This document shows positions 28,581 through 45,234 of a DNA stretch of 64,000 nucleotides, piece by piece (position 1 is the first letter of the stretch; each line of letters starts with the position of its first letter). The position numbers were made by a program, and so were the translations under genes. The notes beneath the pieces were generated by a model. It was not told the DNA's origin, searched no databases, and was given only the letters and a program-made list of their open reading frames with translations. Source of the DNA: the human T2T-CHM13v2.0 reference genome, Homo sapiens; assembly GCF_009914755.1 (NCBI RefSeq), contig NC_060933.1; one strand, written 5' to 3'.

Positions 28581-29336
28581 ATGCCATCTTTGCAAACATC
28601 TCCCATGTTATTTCTCATTCATGTTTATATGGAAATGTTTCTTTCAACCAAGTAGTTGGCAGCCTATTTTTTTTCTTGAAGTGCATTATTTATTTTCATT
28701 TCCTTGCTTTTTTAAAAATGGTAAGTTATGAATGATGGCTCTAAAAAAGACTAACTGAATGAATCTAAGTTGCATATCCCTTTTCACAAGGCATGTTTTT
28801 TAAACCATAAAATTAGGTTTCAGGTATCATATGTGGTCTGGTGACACAGCTTGAGTAATAACAATAGCTACCATTTATTAAACACCTACCTACTCTGTGC
28901 CAGACACCTTGGTATGCATCATCTTAATCTTCACATCTGCCTGAAAAATTGGTGTTAGGATCCCAGTTTTGCAAATTAAGAGATTAAGGTACAGCTTGAT
29001 GAAATGGTGTGCCTAATGATACTTGGCAGAGGCAGCAAGGGGGTCCAAACCCAGTACTGTCTGACCAGTCCTGTCAAACCCAGTCCTGCCTGACCCCAAA
29101 TTCCTGCATTTGTCTCCGCTCTACTTGCCTCTCCTTGAAGATGCCTTTATAGAACTGAATAGGACAGCCTTAAAGAGACAAAGAACACTGCTGAGGGTCC
29201 ACACCAGAAAGAAGTGAAATGAGCTAACCAGGGAACTCCACTGAGTTAAAGAGAATCTGGGTCCTCTTTTGGGTTATCAGGGAGGAGAGTGTCTGGCCTG
29301 GAGAGTCTATGACTAAATCCTTCAAGAGTCAACAGC

Positions 29337-29634
<298 letters not shown>

Positions 29635-30699
29635 TCAACGGCAAGGCTAGGGCAGGCCAGCAGAGCCCAGAGCCTCCTCCTTTACCCATACTCTTCATGT
29701 GGTTTGAGAACTGTGGAAGATTGATTCAGGTCAGTGGGACAGGTCCTGAATGAACACAGAAAGGACATTTAGCTTGTAATTGGGTGGTCTCCAGAACAAC
29801 ACAGACTGGCAACAGGGATTAAATCCTCTCTCATTTAGAGGTTTCAAAAACAATTAGATTATTAACAAAGGGGACCCAGGATGGACAAGAGGGAGAGTTT
29901 TAGAACAGAACCTTAGACGAAGAACAGGCTTAGGAAGCCTCTTTTCCTACCCCTCCAAACATATGAGTCCCTCTTTACCCCTTAGGGACAGTGGTGAGTT
30001 TTGGAGTCAGGCAGCCCTGGCCTCAAATTCTGGCTTGCTAAGTATTAGTGGTGCAACTTTGAGTAAGTTACTTAACTTCCCGAGCTTCATTTTCTCCATC
30101 TGTAAACTGGGAACAATAAAGGTTCCTCTTTCATAGGGTTATTGTGAGGATTAGATAATGACAATAGCTAACACATAGTGAGCATTCACATGTGCCAGAC
30201 ACTGTTTAAACCACTTTACATGTAATTATCTCCCTTATTAAGATAATGCATATAAAGTTCTTAACACAGTACTAGGTACTTATTAGGCATGTAATAAATA
30301 ATTATATTACTGCTAAAGATGGCAAGATCAGTGCCTGCTGAGGTTCCCACTTCATTACTTGATTCATGAGGTTTTCACACATTTTTTTCTTAGGCTCCAC
30401 CAGTAGGCCTTTCTACAGCTTTTACCGGGTTTTAACCTGTTGCAGGAGTCCACAGCACTCCCTCTCACCCATGGCAGTTCCTTCCCAGAGGTAGTTCCTA
30501 GGCACCCCCTCACTCTCCACCTCTAGCCAAGTCTTCTTCTTTGGGAGAAATGCCCCCAAACCTCCCCTGGCCACAAGTCTAGAGTCTGCTCATGGCTCTC
30601 CTCAAAGACATTACCCAGAACCAACCACAAAACCCTCCACCTGGGCCAAGAAAGATGTAGAAGAGCATGGCTGCCCTTCTGTGCTCACACCTGTGACTG

Positions 30700-31450
30700 C
30701 TGTCCCCACTGTCCTTATAGTCCAGATTTACCCACATTTTGCTAGCAGCTGCATCACCCCTTTGGCTTATAGGAAGCTTGTGGTTCTCTAAGAACCCTAG
30801 GTTTGTTTTCTATGGGGTTATTGTTGCTGATGCTTCAAAAGAACAGCAAGCCACATCTCTCTAACATTACTTATCAGCCGTTTAATTTGGAGGCCTCTGA
30901 ATAGGATTGAAACATTTCACCTTTGACCATGTCCTGATGTTGCAGCCTGTTGAAGGCATCCTTGTGTGGTGAGTCTCTTATCACTCATATTCACCATCCC
31001 TCTCAGTTAATGCCATTGTCATTGCACAATAGGATTTTCTTTCTCATCCTATAGCATTAGTCAAAATGTTAAATAGGAGAATGCCAAAGACACACCCTGT
31101 GACTGCCCACACTGGGGGTCATCTGCCGCCTCTGGTTCTACAATTAAACCTACTGAAAATTGCTCCCAACTTCCACATTCTGCAGTCCTCATTTCTCTGT
31201 CTTGCACTCCTGAAAATCATGAAAAGCCTTGCTAAAGCCCGGCTGAAACCCTGATACATGCTACCTCTTAATTTCTCTGACCTGTCAGATGAATAACTCC
31301 ATGAATAAGGGTGGTCGTAACTGGGCTGGCTCTTGGTGAACACAACCACCGTAGGGAGCACTGCTCTCCTCTGTGTGATCACACATCATTTATCCAATCA
31401 GCTCTTCTCAAACGCTGCTGACAATAAACACCCAAATCCCCTACTGCTGA
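30700..31450 (-). mobile_element. L3/CR1 reverse-transcriptase fossil
   Basis: Minus strand AGTGGGCAGTCACAGGGTGTG...CTCCTATTTAACATTTT (SGxxQG...LLFNIF), TTTAGCAAGGCTTTT (FSKAF) and FTKSQ-like segments. Confidence 0.6.
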
Positions 31451-31929
31451 AGTCACCATTTTAGGCTCTTAGGAAACCTGAACCCTGCTGCATCCCCTGC
31501 CACCTAACCCTCCCTTTCACTCATCTCCCAAAGATCCTTCAGATGCTCTTTCTGGATCCTAGCTACAGTGTCCTGCTGTCTTGACAGGTACTTCATCTGG
31601 CCCTGGAGACATAGGCTCGTTGAAAGCTTCTAGGTGCCCTCTAACAGTCTCCTCATCTTTCATTTTATGCTTGCTCCACTATCTCCTGTTTGCTGGTCAT
31701 TCTCCACCCAATACATCCTGTGTGCCTCTGTTACAGGCCTGGAGATGAGAAAATTCTGCATTCTTTTCAACAAACGTCCACGCTTTCTCCTAATGCACCA
31801 CACAAAGTCCCTTTTGTGGTCCATGGCATTATCCCAACGCTTCAGGTCATTCTGGGATTGAGCGCTTGCAGGGTCCAACAGCTTCCTGATACCTCCATTC
31901 CAGATCCTGACTTTCAGTTTCTCTCCATG

Positions 31930-32270
31930 GCCCTAAGTATGTTTCATAAATTTTATTGAAATATAACAGACAGTTCAATGAATTTTCCCAAAGTGAACAC
32001 ACCCATGTAATCACCATCAAGAACCAGAACATTACCAGCACCCAAAAGTCATGTTGCTGGCCAGTCACTCACCTTCTCAAGGGTGACCACCATGCTGACT
32101 CTGCTAACACTGTAGATTGGGTTTTGCCTCTTCTTGGGCTTGATATAAATGGAATCACCATCTGTCCTTTTGTGCCTGGCTTCTTTCACTCAACATCGTG
32201 AAAGTTATCCATATTGTTGTATATGATTGTAGATCTTTTATTCCCATTGCTGTACAGCATATATCCTTCA
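31930..32270 (-). mobile_element. Old L1 (L1M) 3' fragment
   Basis: caaagtgaacacacccatgtaatcacc...tataaatggaatca...ttctttcactcaacat. Confidence 0.7.
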
Positions 32271-33884
32271 GAGAAACTCTCCTGCAGGCCCCTAAGGAGA
32301 GATGTACAAGGACACTTACAGTGTTGTTTGTAAAAATGGAGAGTTAGCGGTAGCCTTGGCACTTATTGCCTTTATTGCACTTTTAAAAATCTGACATCAT
32401 CACAAAGATCTGAGTATATGATTTTCTCTCCACCCACCCCCAACGTGGCTGGTTGCAGTCTCACTTGTATATATTCCTACGTCTATTCTTACATTTCTCC
32501 ATGCTATCTTTCATTTATCCCGCCAAACTGACTTTTCCAAATCTTGTCACCCCCCAGCTCAACACATTCGATGGCTCCCTATAACCTCTGGGGTACAAAC
32601 TCCCACGCCTGGTATTACAAGCCACTTACAATGTGGCTCCAATGTTTCCAGCTTTAGCAACCAGCTCTCTCTCCCCACACCTTTTATATTCTAACTACGT
32701 AGAATATATTAGCTGGCCCATAAACATGAACCCCTTTTCTGCCTCCATACCTTTGCTCATTCTATTCCTTCAACTTGGAACACTCTTCCCACTCTTTCTC
32801 CCACTGACAAAATCCTTCAAAACTCAGGTCAAATGTCACCTCCTTTGTGATATCTCCTCCAGTCACTCCAGCAGAAATAATTGCTACCTTTTCTCAGCAT
32901 CCATAGTAAGGCTTGGTTCATGCTGACAGATAATACTTATCATTTCTTTAAAAGTTAATTACCACATTTCACCATTCTAACACACACGTTCTTATTCATC
33001 TCTGGAATCAGGATGCACTTTGCCATTGATGGCATCTTATAGTTGGAAGTATTCTTTTTCTTTCTTGTTGATACATAAAATAATGGTGTTTAAGATTCAG
33101 TGAAATACAGTATTTCATTTTTATCTCAGCATATTCTAGAAAAGCTTGTCACACTGCATTGTATAGTTAGTTGTCTACAATTCTGTGTTCCTTTTCATGT
33201 GTGAGGCCATAGGCATGCACAAAGTCAGCAATCTGTTCAATGAAGAGATGTGCACCGTTCACTAGTACCTGAACATTTACTAAGTCATGGGAGGTGATGT
33301 GGCAGGGAAGACCTCCTAGTGTGGTTCTTCATGAGGTTCCTCACAAGGCTGAAAGAGTTACCCTTTCCTCCTGAGGTGCTGAGGCCCAGGAGACAGTGGT
33401 GGAGGGCTGGAGAGAGCCATAGAAGTCTCTCTTCCTTGTGGCTGGCTGTCATGTCAGCTCGCATCGGGGCAGGGGAGGAGAAGTTACATAGGATTAGTTT
33501 AATGCCCAATCCTTGATCAGCAAAGCAAGCTTCATTCAATTATAACATCATTCCTATTGGGTAAATAGGATTTGCTTCTCAAGGATCTGATTTATGGCCT
33601 GGTTTTCAGGAGCATGCTGTGATAGAAAGCAGTAGCATCCTGTTGTGCCAATCTCATTCCAAGCCTCTCTTTTTGAGTAACAACAGTGAGTCTTTTAATT
33701 TGCTTTTTCCTAATGAAATCAGTTATTTCTCCTGCCCACACCACCACTCTATGTTATATTAAATAACAAAGGACACAGATAGGCTGGCATCTGACTTTAG
33801 TGGTATTTCAGTTACCTTTTGCCCATTTCTTAATATTTCAGCCTTTCAAATTGTATAGACAGTTTAGGTAAAGGCCAGTATGTT

Positions 33885-34598
<714 letters not shown>

Positions 34599-35606
34599 TA
34601 GTCAAATGCTTTGGGATGATCCACTTTATATGATGAATGATACTCTCATATATTGTGCAAGATATTGCACTATCCTGCCTGCACAAGACCCCATGAATTC
34701 AGATGGATCTGTGGCTACGTTTAGAGGATTGGTTGAGGAGAAAGTTTGCTCCTGTGTTCATTAGGATTACTGAACAAGGTAGCAGTTTTATAAGGTTTCC
34801 TCCAGTTTCAGGTTGGCTTTATAAAGAATCACTGCATGTATCAGGTATTGCTTTCTGTTGGGTGGTTTTCCTGGGTATTTCAAGGGCATGGGGATTGCCA
34901 AACCGATGAGCATGATAAAGTTCAATTGCATGGCCATCTGGACTTCCTTTGGGGAGTTTCTTTGATTGATATCTTTATTTTGTCAGGATCCAGGAAAGCA
35001 CTTAATTCTTTCATATGATGTTCATTATCTTTTAGCAAATGAGATGCCTCTGGGAATTTTCTAAATTCCATCTTCTCCTTCAGAAAGGATACCATAGCTT
35101 GCAATGTGAAAAAAACAATAAATAAAGTTTCTTTCTGTCAAGTGGCACACTCTGGCTAATAAGTCTAAGGATAAGGAATAACTGGAAGGGTAAAAACAGA
35201 TTTATTTTTCACTTCATACCCTTCTATACTGTTTGAATTATCTCTTACCATAAGCATATATTCCTTTTATTTAAAAAAAGGTTCTTATATCATTTTGCCA
35301 TTTTGTTATTGCTTTTGTTTCTATTTTTATCCTTTTCTTCTTTTCCTTTTGTGAAGTTTGTGCAGAGGATGACAAGTTCAGTTCATTTAAAAAAACTCCA
35401 ACAACAAAAGAGCAACCAACCCACCATATTTGGTTTCTATATTTACTATTGTTTTTTTCTGTTTCAATTTTCTTTTTATCTCTGCTCTGGTCTTTCTCAA
35501 TATTAGATTTAACCTTATATAGAAATAAATTTTTAAAAAACTATGTCAGTGTCTCTAAACTTTGGGAGGGGGAGCTGTTAGGAACACTTTAGAGAATCTG
35601 GTGTGG

Positions 35607-35992
<386 letters not shown>

Positions 35993-38900
35993 TCAGTGCA
36001 ATCTAGGGTATATTACCCTTTGCATATATCATTGCATGTAATTATGTTTAATAATTATGTGAGGCATCTGTATGCCCACTTTTCAGAAGAGAAAATGGGG
36101 TCTCAGAGAGGTTGAACGATTTGCCCAAGACAGCACTGGAATAGTGACAAACTTTGGACAGTAATTTTGGATTTAAGCGGCCAGCCAATCTTTTCCACCA
36201 CACCACAGCTTGAAGGTTAAGTAAACAACTGATTTTGTAACTTTTCATATTATTGACTCCCCTTTGTTGAAAGGGGGTGCTTGTTGCCTCATACTGTTTC
36301 TTTGCTGGTTCTTTGGATGAGGAGACCTGCGGCTTGCATGTTCTTCTCTGGACGTTGTTTGATGCTGGGTGTGAGTCTCTGAGGAAGTCAGTTGATTTAC
36401 TGGCACATTGGAGGTCCTCAAAACACAATCCAGAAGAGAGTCAGAGGCCCTGGAGTTCCATCCCTCTCACTGCAGCACCCCTGGCATTGGTGGCACCACC
36501 TCTGGGGGCAAGGAAGACAGGTGGGGTGAGGGAGGAGACAGAGGGGAGTCAAAGGAGGAGACAGGAGACTTGCACCCCATTCCCATTATGCTGACAATTG
36601 GAGGCCCCTTGGCTTTGGTTCTTTTTAAAATGGGATGAGTGATCATGTGAGCAATTTTAGCAACAAAAACCATCTTGAGCATTTACCATGTGCTGGACTC
36701 CATGCTTAGCACTTTACAGCTAGGAAGAGGCAAAGCTGGGGTTCTGACTGGTTTGAAAGTCTCCAGAGCCCTCTACCCTACAAGCTATACCGTCCCACCC
36801 TGACTCTGAGGCCCCAACAGGCCCCCTCCAAAAGACTGGCAGCAGATCAAAAGGGATGAGAAAAGAGATGCCACACCCTTCCACATACCTCTCTTTTCCC
36901 TTTTGTGAAACCTTTCTTGCCAAAAGTTTACATTTTTAATGTTTATGAAAATAATATTATGATCAATGAAAAATTAATGTTCTGTATCTATTTTTAGGCA
37001 TTTAGGGTCTCCCAACCCATGATGATAATGTGAACTACTTTGAAAGAAATCTCACTCATTTTGGGTTCATTCTTCCCTAATTCACATAACCAGAGCGTCA
37101 TTCGGGCTTGCTTTAATTTTAAAAGATCTTTTCATAGGTGTGGTTTGGAAGGTGTATTCAAGATGAAAAGCAAGGTGATCACCCCTCATTGTGATTTCTG
37201 ATCACTTTGGTACTGGCCACTTCTCACTCCCTGCTGCCCGCCCAAATGTCATGACCTTTGTGCTTCTTTGTACACACAAAACTCTCCCCTTGGAAAGCTT
37301 TACCCACCAACTTTAAACTCCACCCACTTTTCAGGGCCCAGATAAAACTCTGCCTTCTCTGTGAAGCCTTCCCCAGTGTCTCTCCAAGGAGTTGGTGCCT
37401 CTGTCTTCTGCATGACCCCAGCTCTTTACCTCCACCTCCTGCAGGGCCCTGAGCACTTTCCACCTGGCACCACCAGCACTGCTGAGACTCAGCTGTCTCT
37501 CTACCACACTGTGTCTATCCTTTGCCTCCCCTCCGGTCCAAGGCCTGGCACATAGTAGGTCCTCAGAGATCTATTGAGAGTCATTGGCAATGGCCAAGAC
37601 TTGTCTTCCACGCTCCCTATAATTTCTCCTATATGCCTATCTGCTCTCAGCATCCACTGGGTCCAATTCACTCTCACTCTCTCTGGTCCTCCATGTACTC
37701 TGTCCTTTTCAGCTTTTCCCCCAGTCTTCACTTGACACTGCATGTTTTGGTAATCTATTGCTGGCATAACAAACCACCCCCAAATGTTATGGCTTAGAAT
37801 AACCATCACTTTATTTGCTTATGACTGTAATTGGGCCTGGGCTCAGCTCAAAGTTCTTCTGCTGGCCTTCAAAATGGCATGGATACTGGGAGACACAGTT
37901 CATGGGGGCCACCAATGTCACAGACATCTCACCATCAATCAGGGCTATCTGAGTCTGTGTCTGTCTCCTATGAGTGGAACTCCTTGAGGGCTGGGGTTGT
38001 GTCCCCAGAGCCAGCACAGTTCTTAGCAGAGTTGGGGGCTTAGTGAAGAGGAAATTCCCTAAACAAGAGTCAGAAAACTCAGGCACTGGACCAGTTTTGC
38101 CCCACATGACTTTGTCCCAATCCCCACCCCTCTCTGCACCTGTTTCCCCACCTATAATCACAAGAGGTTCAACAGATCTTCCAGCTCCTTTGAGTGTGGC
38201 TGTCATCCTGTGATTTTATAGGACTGAGTCCAGCATCCTTGATAAGGCTCCTGAGGCCCCAAGAGCCTCCCACAACCTGATTTTCCAGCCACAGACCCCA
38301 GGCCCCAGACACATCCCACTTCTTGCTGTTCCCTGGATAAACCGTTTCTAGGCCTCCATTCCTTTTCTTATGCTATTCTCTCTGCCTGTGCTATCACATC
38401 CATCCTTTGAGGATAGAGTGTACACTGCTTTAAACCTCATTTGCAGAGGCCGAGCAAACCACCTCCTTGGTTAGACATATTCACCTTCCATTCTATGCAA
38501 GGCCCTTCTCCCCTTTTGTTTTTCCCTTCATCCCTAATTCCCATTCTTCTCCCAACCCCCAACATGGTCACTCCTCCAATGTGCCGGATACATGTCACAT
38601 ATTTGTCTATTCTTATAAAATATTCATTCCTCTAGTAATAAGTGCCCAGGCTACTGCTAACTCTCCATTTTTACAAACAACACTGTAAATGTCCTTGTAC
38701 ATCTTTCCTTAGGGGCCTGCAGGAGAGTTTCTCTGAAGGATATATACTCAGGATTGGGACTGCTGGAACACAGGTATATTCATCAGTCTAACAGAAAGTA
38801 GAAACTGCTTGAGTACGTAACACAGGGGCACTTGAATGCAGGGAATTAATTACTCAGAGGATGGAAGAGCTGCGAAGTAACTTGGGGATGGGGAGGCAGC

Positions 38901-41900
38901 CATCCACAACAGCAACAGCAGGAAACTGCCCCCTTCCCCAAGCTGGAGGGACAGAGGGGAGAGATTAGCTGGTAAAGTTGGAATCCCAGCTGAGCTGTTC
39001 GGCCACAGCTGGCCCTTTGGGGATGCAGCTGCTGCTTGGAGATGCCACCTGAGGCCAAGGGAGGAGGAGAACACCCTGGCTTCTTCCTTACTCTGACAGT
39101 CTGCAGAACTTCTCATATTTCTTGTGATGGGAGCAAGATGGTAGGATAGGAAGTCCCAGACTCATGAGTCAGTCCTTACCCCAAGTCGACACAGCTCAGT
39201 GCTGAGGGCAAAAGTATCTTCAGTGCCTAGCACACAGTGACTTCTTCCACAAGGGGAAAGAGTGGAGCCTATCAGGGCCACTCAGTGGGAGTTGGATGAC
39301 AAGAAGCCTGGGAAATGCAAGCTGGAGGGACCAATCCCCATGACACAGCCCACAGCAGGAGGAGGACGAGACCCATCTCAGGGCACACAGGCCTGGGGGG
39401 GCACACTGCAGGCAGGCACATACCCAACTTCACTTAAATATGCCAGGCTGCTTTCCAGATGGCCATGCCAGCGAACATGACCCACATCCTTGCCAACACT
39501 TAGCATTATCCACCTTCCTAGTTTTTGAAATTAATGGGTATACAATGGACTCTTACTGTAATTTGCATGTCTCTCAGTTACCGGTAAGGTTGAGCATCTC
39601 TTCCTATGCTTGTCAAATATTCAAGTGTCTGTTTCTGTCAACGGCCTTTTCTTGGTTTGCAAATATTTCTAGCTACAATCCCTTATTAATCCCTTGTCAG
39701 ATTTAGATACTGCAAACATCTTCTCCTTGTCTGTTCACATTGTGACCTTCATTTAAAAAGAAATCTTTGATTTTTAGGTAGTCAAATCTTTTATTATTAT
39801 TTGCCTTAGGGCTTTGTGCTTTTTGTGTCTTAAGAAGTTTAGCTCCACTTACCAGCTCTCTCACGTCCCCTCTTTCCTGGATTACAATTCTATATTCCTA
39901 CACCTGTAGAGAGGGAGGAAGAAGCTTGGTTGTTTCTCCCGATCTTCTACATGACCCAATTTCAAGCTACTTTCTCAGACAGAGATGTTCTCTACCTGTG
40001 TTTCCCAGGCTGAGTATTCGTCGCCAAAGAAGACTTTGTTTTCTGGGGTGTTAACTTCCTAGAGAACATACTAGACATTGTCAGCACAAACAACTCCACA
40101 GCTGAAAACAGCAAGGAAGAATATGAAGGAAAGATGCATGCAACAAAACAGGTTTCCAAACCAGGTGCCTCTCATAACTGCAAGAAAAGGAAGCATGTAA
40201 AATGGTGAAAGTGAGGATTTCTCAGTTCTCACCTTCCTCAGGTGTCATGTCTCAAGGTAATAAACATGGCTCAAGTTCATTTTCATTCCTTTAATTAAAA
40301 AAAAATTCAGAAAGTGATACATATCATGGTTGTAGAAAGACAGAAAGAGCTTTGAACTCAGATGTCAGACAGACACCAGTCTAACATGGAGCTGACTTGT
40401 GATCTTTCTACAAGTCATCCCACCTGTTGGAGCTGCAGTTTTGTCTGGCCTGTAAAATGCAATTTACCATGTACACTTTTCCTTAAGAAGCTTCACTTGG
40501 AGAGTGGAAATGGAAGTGCTTTACAACTTTTACAAATTTTTAAAGCACCTACTAAGTGCTAGGCACTGGGGATAGTTTTTCTCATTTAATCCTTACAACC
40601 ATCATAGAAGGATAAATGTTTTATACCCATTTTACTGGTGGGAAGACTGAGAGATCCAGAGGTTCAGAGAGATTAAGTAACTTCCTCAGGCTCACACAGC
40701 TAAGATTGTTATTCCCCTTGCCTTAGTTGGACTGGAAACATGGAGCTCTCTGCTTTGGGGATCTTAGCTTTTCTATTTCGTATTTGTCAAGTTATTTCAG
40801 ACTGAAGCATCCCATTTTCGTGCCCTGGGAACCAGGTTAGAAACAAATTTCAGATAGTGCTTTCCAGATCTTCCCTCCCCTCAGCTGACGCAGTTCTCCA
40901 CACTCTGGCAACCCCAGAGATCTCCAAACCCAGCTGCAGAGGCTCAGAGGGTCCCCTGAGACAGCTCTGAAGTGGTTCCCATGGCTCCTAGCAAGTGGAA
41001 AAGCGATAGGAGGACCTTGTCTATCCCAAGGGGTAGAAGGTGAGAGAGAGCCCTAGTGATGTAGCTTCCCATCACTAGGAGTTGGGAGATTGCCCAGCTC
41101 CTAAGCCCCCTGACTCCACTCCCAGGAGATGAAGCTGCCTGGAACCCCACTGGCCGACACAGGACAGAGGTGCTGAGGGCACAGCCTGGGTATCTGAGGA
41201 CATATTGGGGTGACTTGGAGTAAATACAGCATGGAAGGACAGGTGCACTGGCAGCTACCCTCGGGCGTCACCTGCCAGCTCAGGCTAATGATCCTGGGGC
41301 CATGACTGGGGATGGCAGGCTCGGGTGTTGCCCTCCCCTTGAGACTGGATAGACACCCTTTCCCTCTGAGCTCCATTCATAGGAAACTCCCAGGTCCCAG
41401 TTGGCAAGCACTGAAGGGCCCAGGGCTGATCCCTCTCAATGCAGGTTCCTGTCAGCAGATGAACAAAGCATCAGGTGACTCCAGGAGCAATGAATCTCCG
41501 TTCCCTTCTTAGAAAATGATTATCAAGTCACAGACTGTCAAAGCTGGAACAAACCTCAGAGATGGTGACATCAAACCTGCCTTACAGTGTACATGCGGAA
41601 AACAGGCTCAGAGAGGGCAAGCAAGGCTGCTCAGCACAGCAGATGTCACCCTGAGCCTACATTCTCAGCGATGCTCTCTGCTTAAATCATTCCTAGCAGC
41701 TCCGTGAGAAAAGCCCTCATCCCATGAGACCTCTGCCAAATTTGGGGCTGCATTGAACTAGGGATATTCCTCCAGATTTTGAAAACTTTAAGGCATAGCC
41801 CTCTTAGTTTTAAAATTTCACCCTGAACCATTTTGTTTCATGGAGTGTACAGAAATCTTGTTTCTCCCAAGAAAACAACAAAGAAACGATGGCTTCCTGT

Positions 41901-44900
41901 GTGAAATCCCCGGGAGGTGTAGGACTCAAGAAATATTCTGCTTCTCCTCTTGCAGAATCCATAGGGAACCAGAGAAATCCCAAGTCTAATGTTTCCTGGG
42001 GAGCATCACTACAATGCTGGAACAAACATCAAAGGAAGATACGATTGGTGGAGTGGAAAAACCGTGCATTTAGAGTTGAGAGACTTAGGTGCAAGTTTGT
42101 TTTGTCACTGATCTGCTGTGTGACCTTGGACTGGCACCATCTGGTTCTGGGTGTTTATCCCCCATCATTTGGAGGAAAGACGGGATGCTCACTAAATGTA
42201 CTTCCAGCTTTAGTACCCACTGGGACCCTAGCTCTCCCCACTGCTGTCCCTGGGCACCACCTCCAGCTTTCCTCCTGAGCTTGCAAAGCCTGGGAAGAGA
42301 AGGGGTTGGGTGTTTTTCTTCCATTTAAGCTCAGACTTATTAAGTGACTTGTCCACATTTCTCTGGAAGTGACAGGCGATGAATACGGAGTTCCTGAGGC
42401 GCTTTGTCCAGATCTGACCATGGAAATCAGGAGAAAGACAAATAATCTCCAGATTGCCTGGGTTGACGTCGCTGCTAGAGGATGATGTTAATTCTGCTGT
42501 TTACAGAAATAAGTCCAGTGTTGAGTCGAAGCTTTTTGGTGTCTAAAACCAGATGGTATTTCCTGCCTTGATCAGCCTCAGAGCTTTGGTTCCCATGGCA
42601 ACCCTGAAGTTCCACCTACTGCAACTTCCCTGTTCTCCAAGCTTCTTCCTCTTCCACCATCATGCTGGGTCCATGGAGAATAAAGCCACTAACCAGCAGG
42701 TGCACAGCATTTGACAGTTTACAATATACTCCAGCAGTTATTACCTCATTTAATCATCACCACAGCTTTGCCAGATAGCATTTGCTAACCGCCCCCCATC
42801 CTACGGATGGGAATACTGAGGCCTCAGAGATGAGGCGATCTGCACTTTCAGCCCTCTATGGTGTAGGTAGACGTCAAACCCAGGTTTCATGATTCCGGAT
42901 CTCCACTGTGCCAGGATGAATATGAATACCCTGCCCTGCAGATCACCTACTATGCTTAGGATTCCTAAATGATCATTTCCACAAATAAATCAGGTCTAAT
43001 CAAGGCATGGCAACTTTAAGCAAATTACTTGACTTCTCTGTGCCTTACTTTGCTCATTTGTAACATGGGTTGTAATAATGGTACCTCTGGGTGGATGAGA
43101 GGATTAAGCATGCATGTACAACCAGAAGAAATACTTACTGGGGTTGAAGGGAAACCTGAGAAGCCAGGGTGAGTCTCAGTTCTGCCCTGCCTATCTGGGT
43201 GACTCTGGGTGGGTCATCTTGCCTGCAGAGCCTGCTTCCCCCAGTGTAGGAGGGAACAGCATCACAGTGCTCACACGCACGTGGTGCTTGAGAAGATGAA
43301 TGCGCCGCCCCTCACGCTGCAGTGCACATACGCATCCCCTGGGGACCCTGCAAGGCCTGCATTTCTTACAAGTGTCCATGGACAACACTTTGAGTAGCAA
43401 GGCTGTAGCAAGGAAAGCTCCACACAGGTGTTATGAGTGATCAATCATGCAAAGAGCCATGCCCCGAGCAGTAGAAAGCTCAAGAAGCTTGAAGAGCTCA
43501 CTGCAGGTGAGCAGGAGCCCCTTGGGCAACTTTATCAGGGTGTGAGATTTCTGTCAGAAGGGCTCCTTCGGCCCGAGCCCTGGGCTCTGCACAGCCTGGA
43601 ACTCTTACGGGGTTCTGGTGAAAGCTCTCCCTGATCTTGCTCTCAATAGAGGACATCAAAACATCAATGTGTTACACCTTGCACAACAAAAAAAATTTAT
43701 TGATGACTTGTGAACTCTTTAAAATAGACTTTAAATTAAAAGCAAAGTCAGTGTGACCCAGGAATGATAAGTGGCCTATGTTCAAGTTCATGACAGACAG
43801 GGGATCAATGGAGACCCAGCACGTGGCTCTAAAAACAGTCTGCACTTTGTGCTTCCCCCCATTTTCCTTTGCTCCATATTCTTCCTTATGTGACTATGGT
43901 TTGTAAACTAAATTATGTGCGTTTATTGCTACCTAATTAACAAATATTTTCCATTTATTCTTGCAATAAGTCTGGCCAGTGCATCCCTAGGCCTTGCCAC
44001 AGGTCCATATCCCAGCTCCTCTGCCTGCTCTTAGCTCCAGGGACATGGTGACTGCTGATAAGGAGCTCCTATGCCCTCCAAGGAACAGTGAGAAAATGAA
44101 CGATTAAAAGTTTCTGTGCCCGAGGGTCACCTCCATGTGCCAGGCACTGTGCTGGACATTGAACGATGTGAGTCCTCACAGCAGCCCTGTGAGCCGGGGT
44201 GTTGTGACGCCAGTGGATCACAAGCTCCTAGAGGGCAGGGAATTTGCTTTACTCCCTGGTGCATCCCCCGAGCCGACGAGGGTGTGCCATCAGTGTCTGC
44301 TGCATGGACATGCTCGCCTACCTGAGAGAGGCTGTCAGCACCCCCACATGGCCTCCTAGTCATGTGACACCCATGAGGTCACCCCACAGAAGCTGCAGTG
44401 ACAATGGTGTGCAGCCTCCAGCTTTAGCTCTTTCTTCGTTTCCCAGGTTCCCCTCCACGCACACTCAACTCTTTAGAAAGCCCCTTGTCACAGGCCGGGT
44501 TCCCTGGGAAGTGCGCTCTGAGGTGAAGCAGAGCCTGCAGCCTGTTGCTTAGGAACTGACCTTGGGACAGACACCTGTGGAAGGGAAGAAGAAAGGTAGG
44601 ACTGCGCGGAAGGAGAGGCCAATGGCTGCGGCTGAGGCGGGGGAGCGGGAGTCCATGGGAGTCCACAGGGCAGCCTCAGCTGCCTCGAGGGCACCCATAG
44701 CTGAACAGGTCAGTCAAGTGGATGTCCATGCCAACGCCTGGGCGCTTCAGGGAACACTCATCTTCGGACTCAAAGGGAGTGTCTGGGTCATGATGAAAGT
44801 GGAGACAATTATCCTGCTAAAGAGCTGTGAGCACATGAGGCAGAGAAGCTCTGAGCCACGCTGAGACAGGAAATGAGAACCAGAGGAGCGGTGAAGGGGC

Positions 44901-45234
44901 ATGGAGCAGGTGAAATGAGCTGGTGCCCTGGGAACATCCTGACCTCTCCCCTCCACAGGACCAGGACCAGGCAGCCCCACCTCATTCGCTGGCTCATTCT
45001 CAAAGCATTTTCTGTGCTGGGCTCTGGGGATACTGGCTGAAGACCTTCACTCTATCTAGACTGCTCTGACAAAGGGGCACATGGATGTGGGAGGGAGAGG
45101 AAAGGGAAGACCCTAGAAGGGCCACACACCTGTCACACTGAATGGCACGGTAGAGATGAACAAGACTCACTGAAGGTGAAACACCAGCCAGGTCACGGGC
45201 ACGCCCACAACCTCCCCCTGGCAAACCTTTTAAA

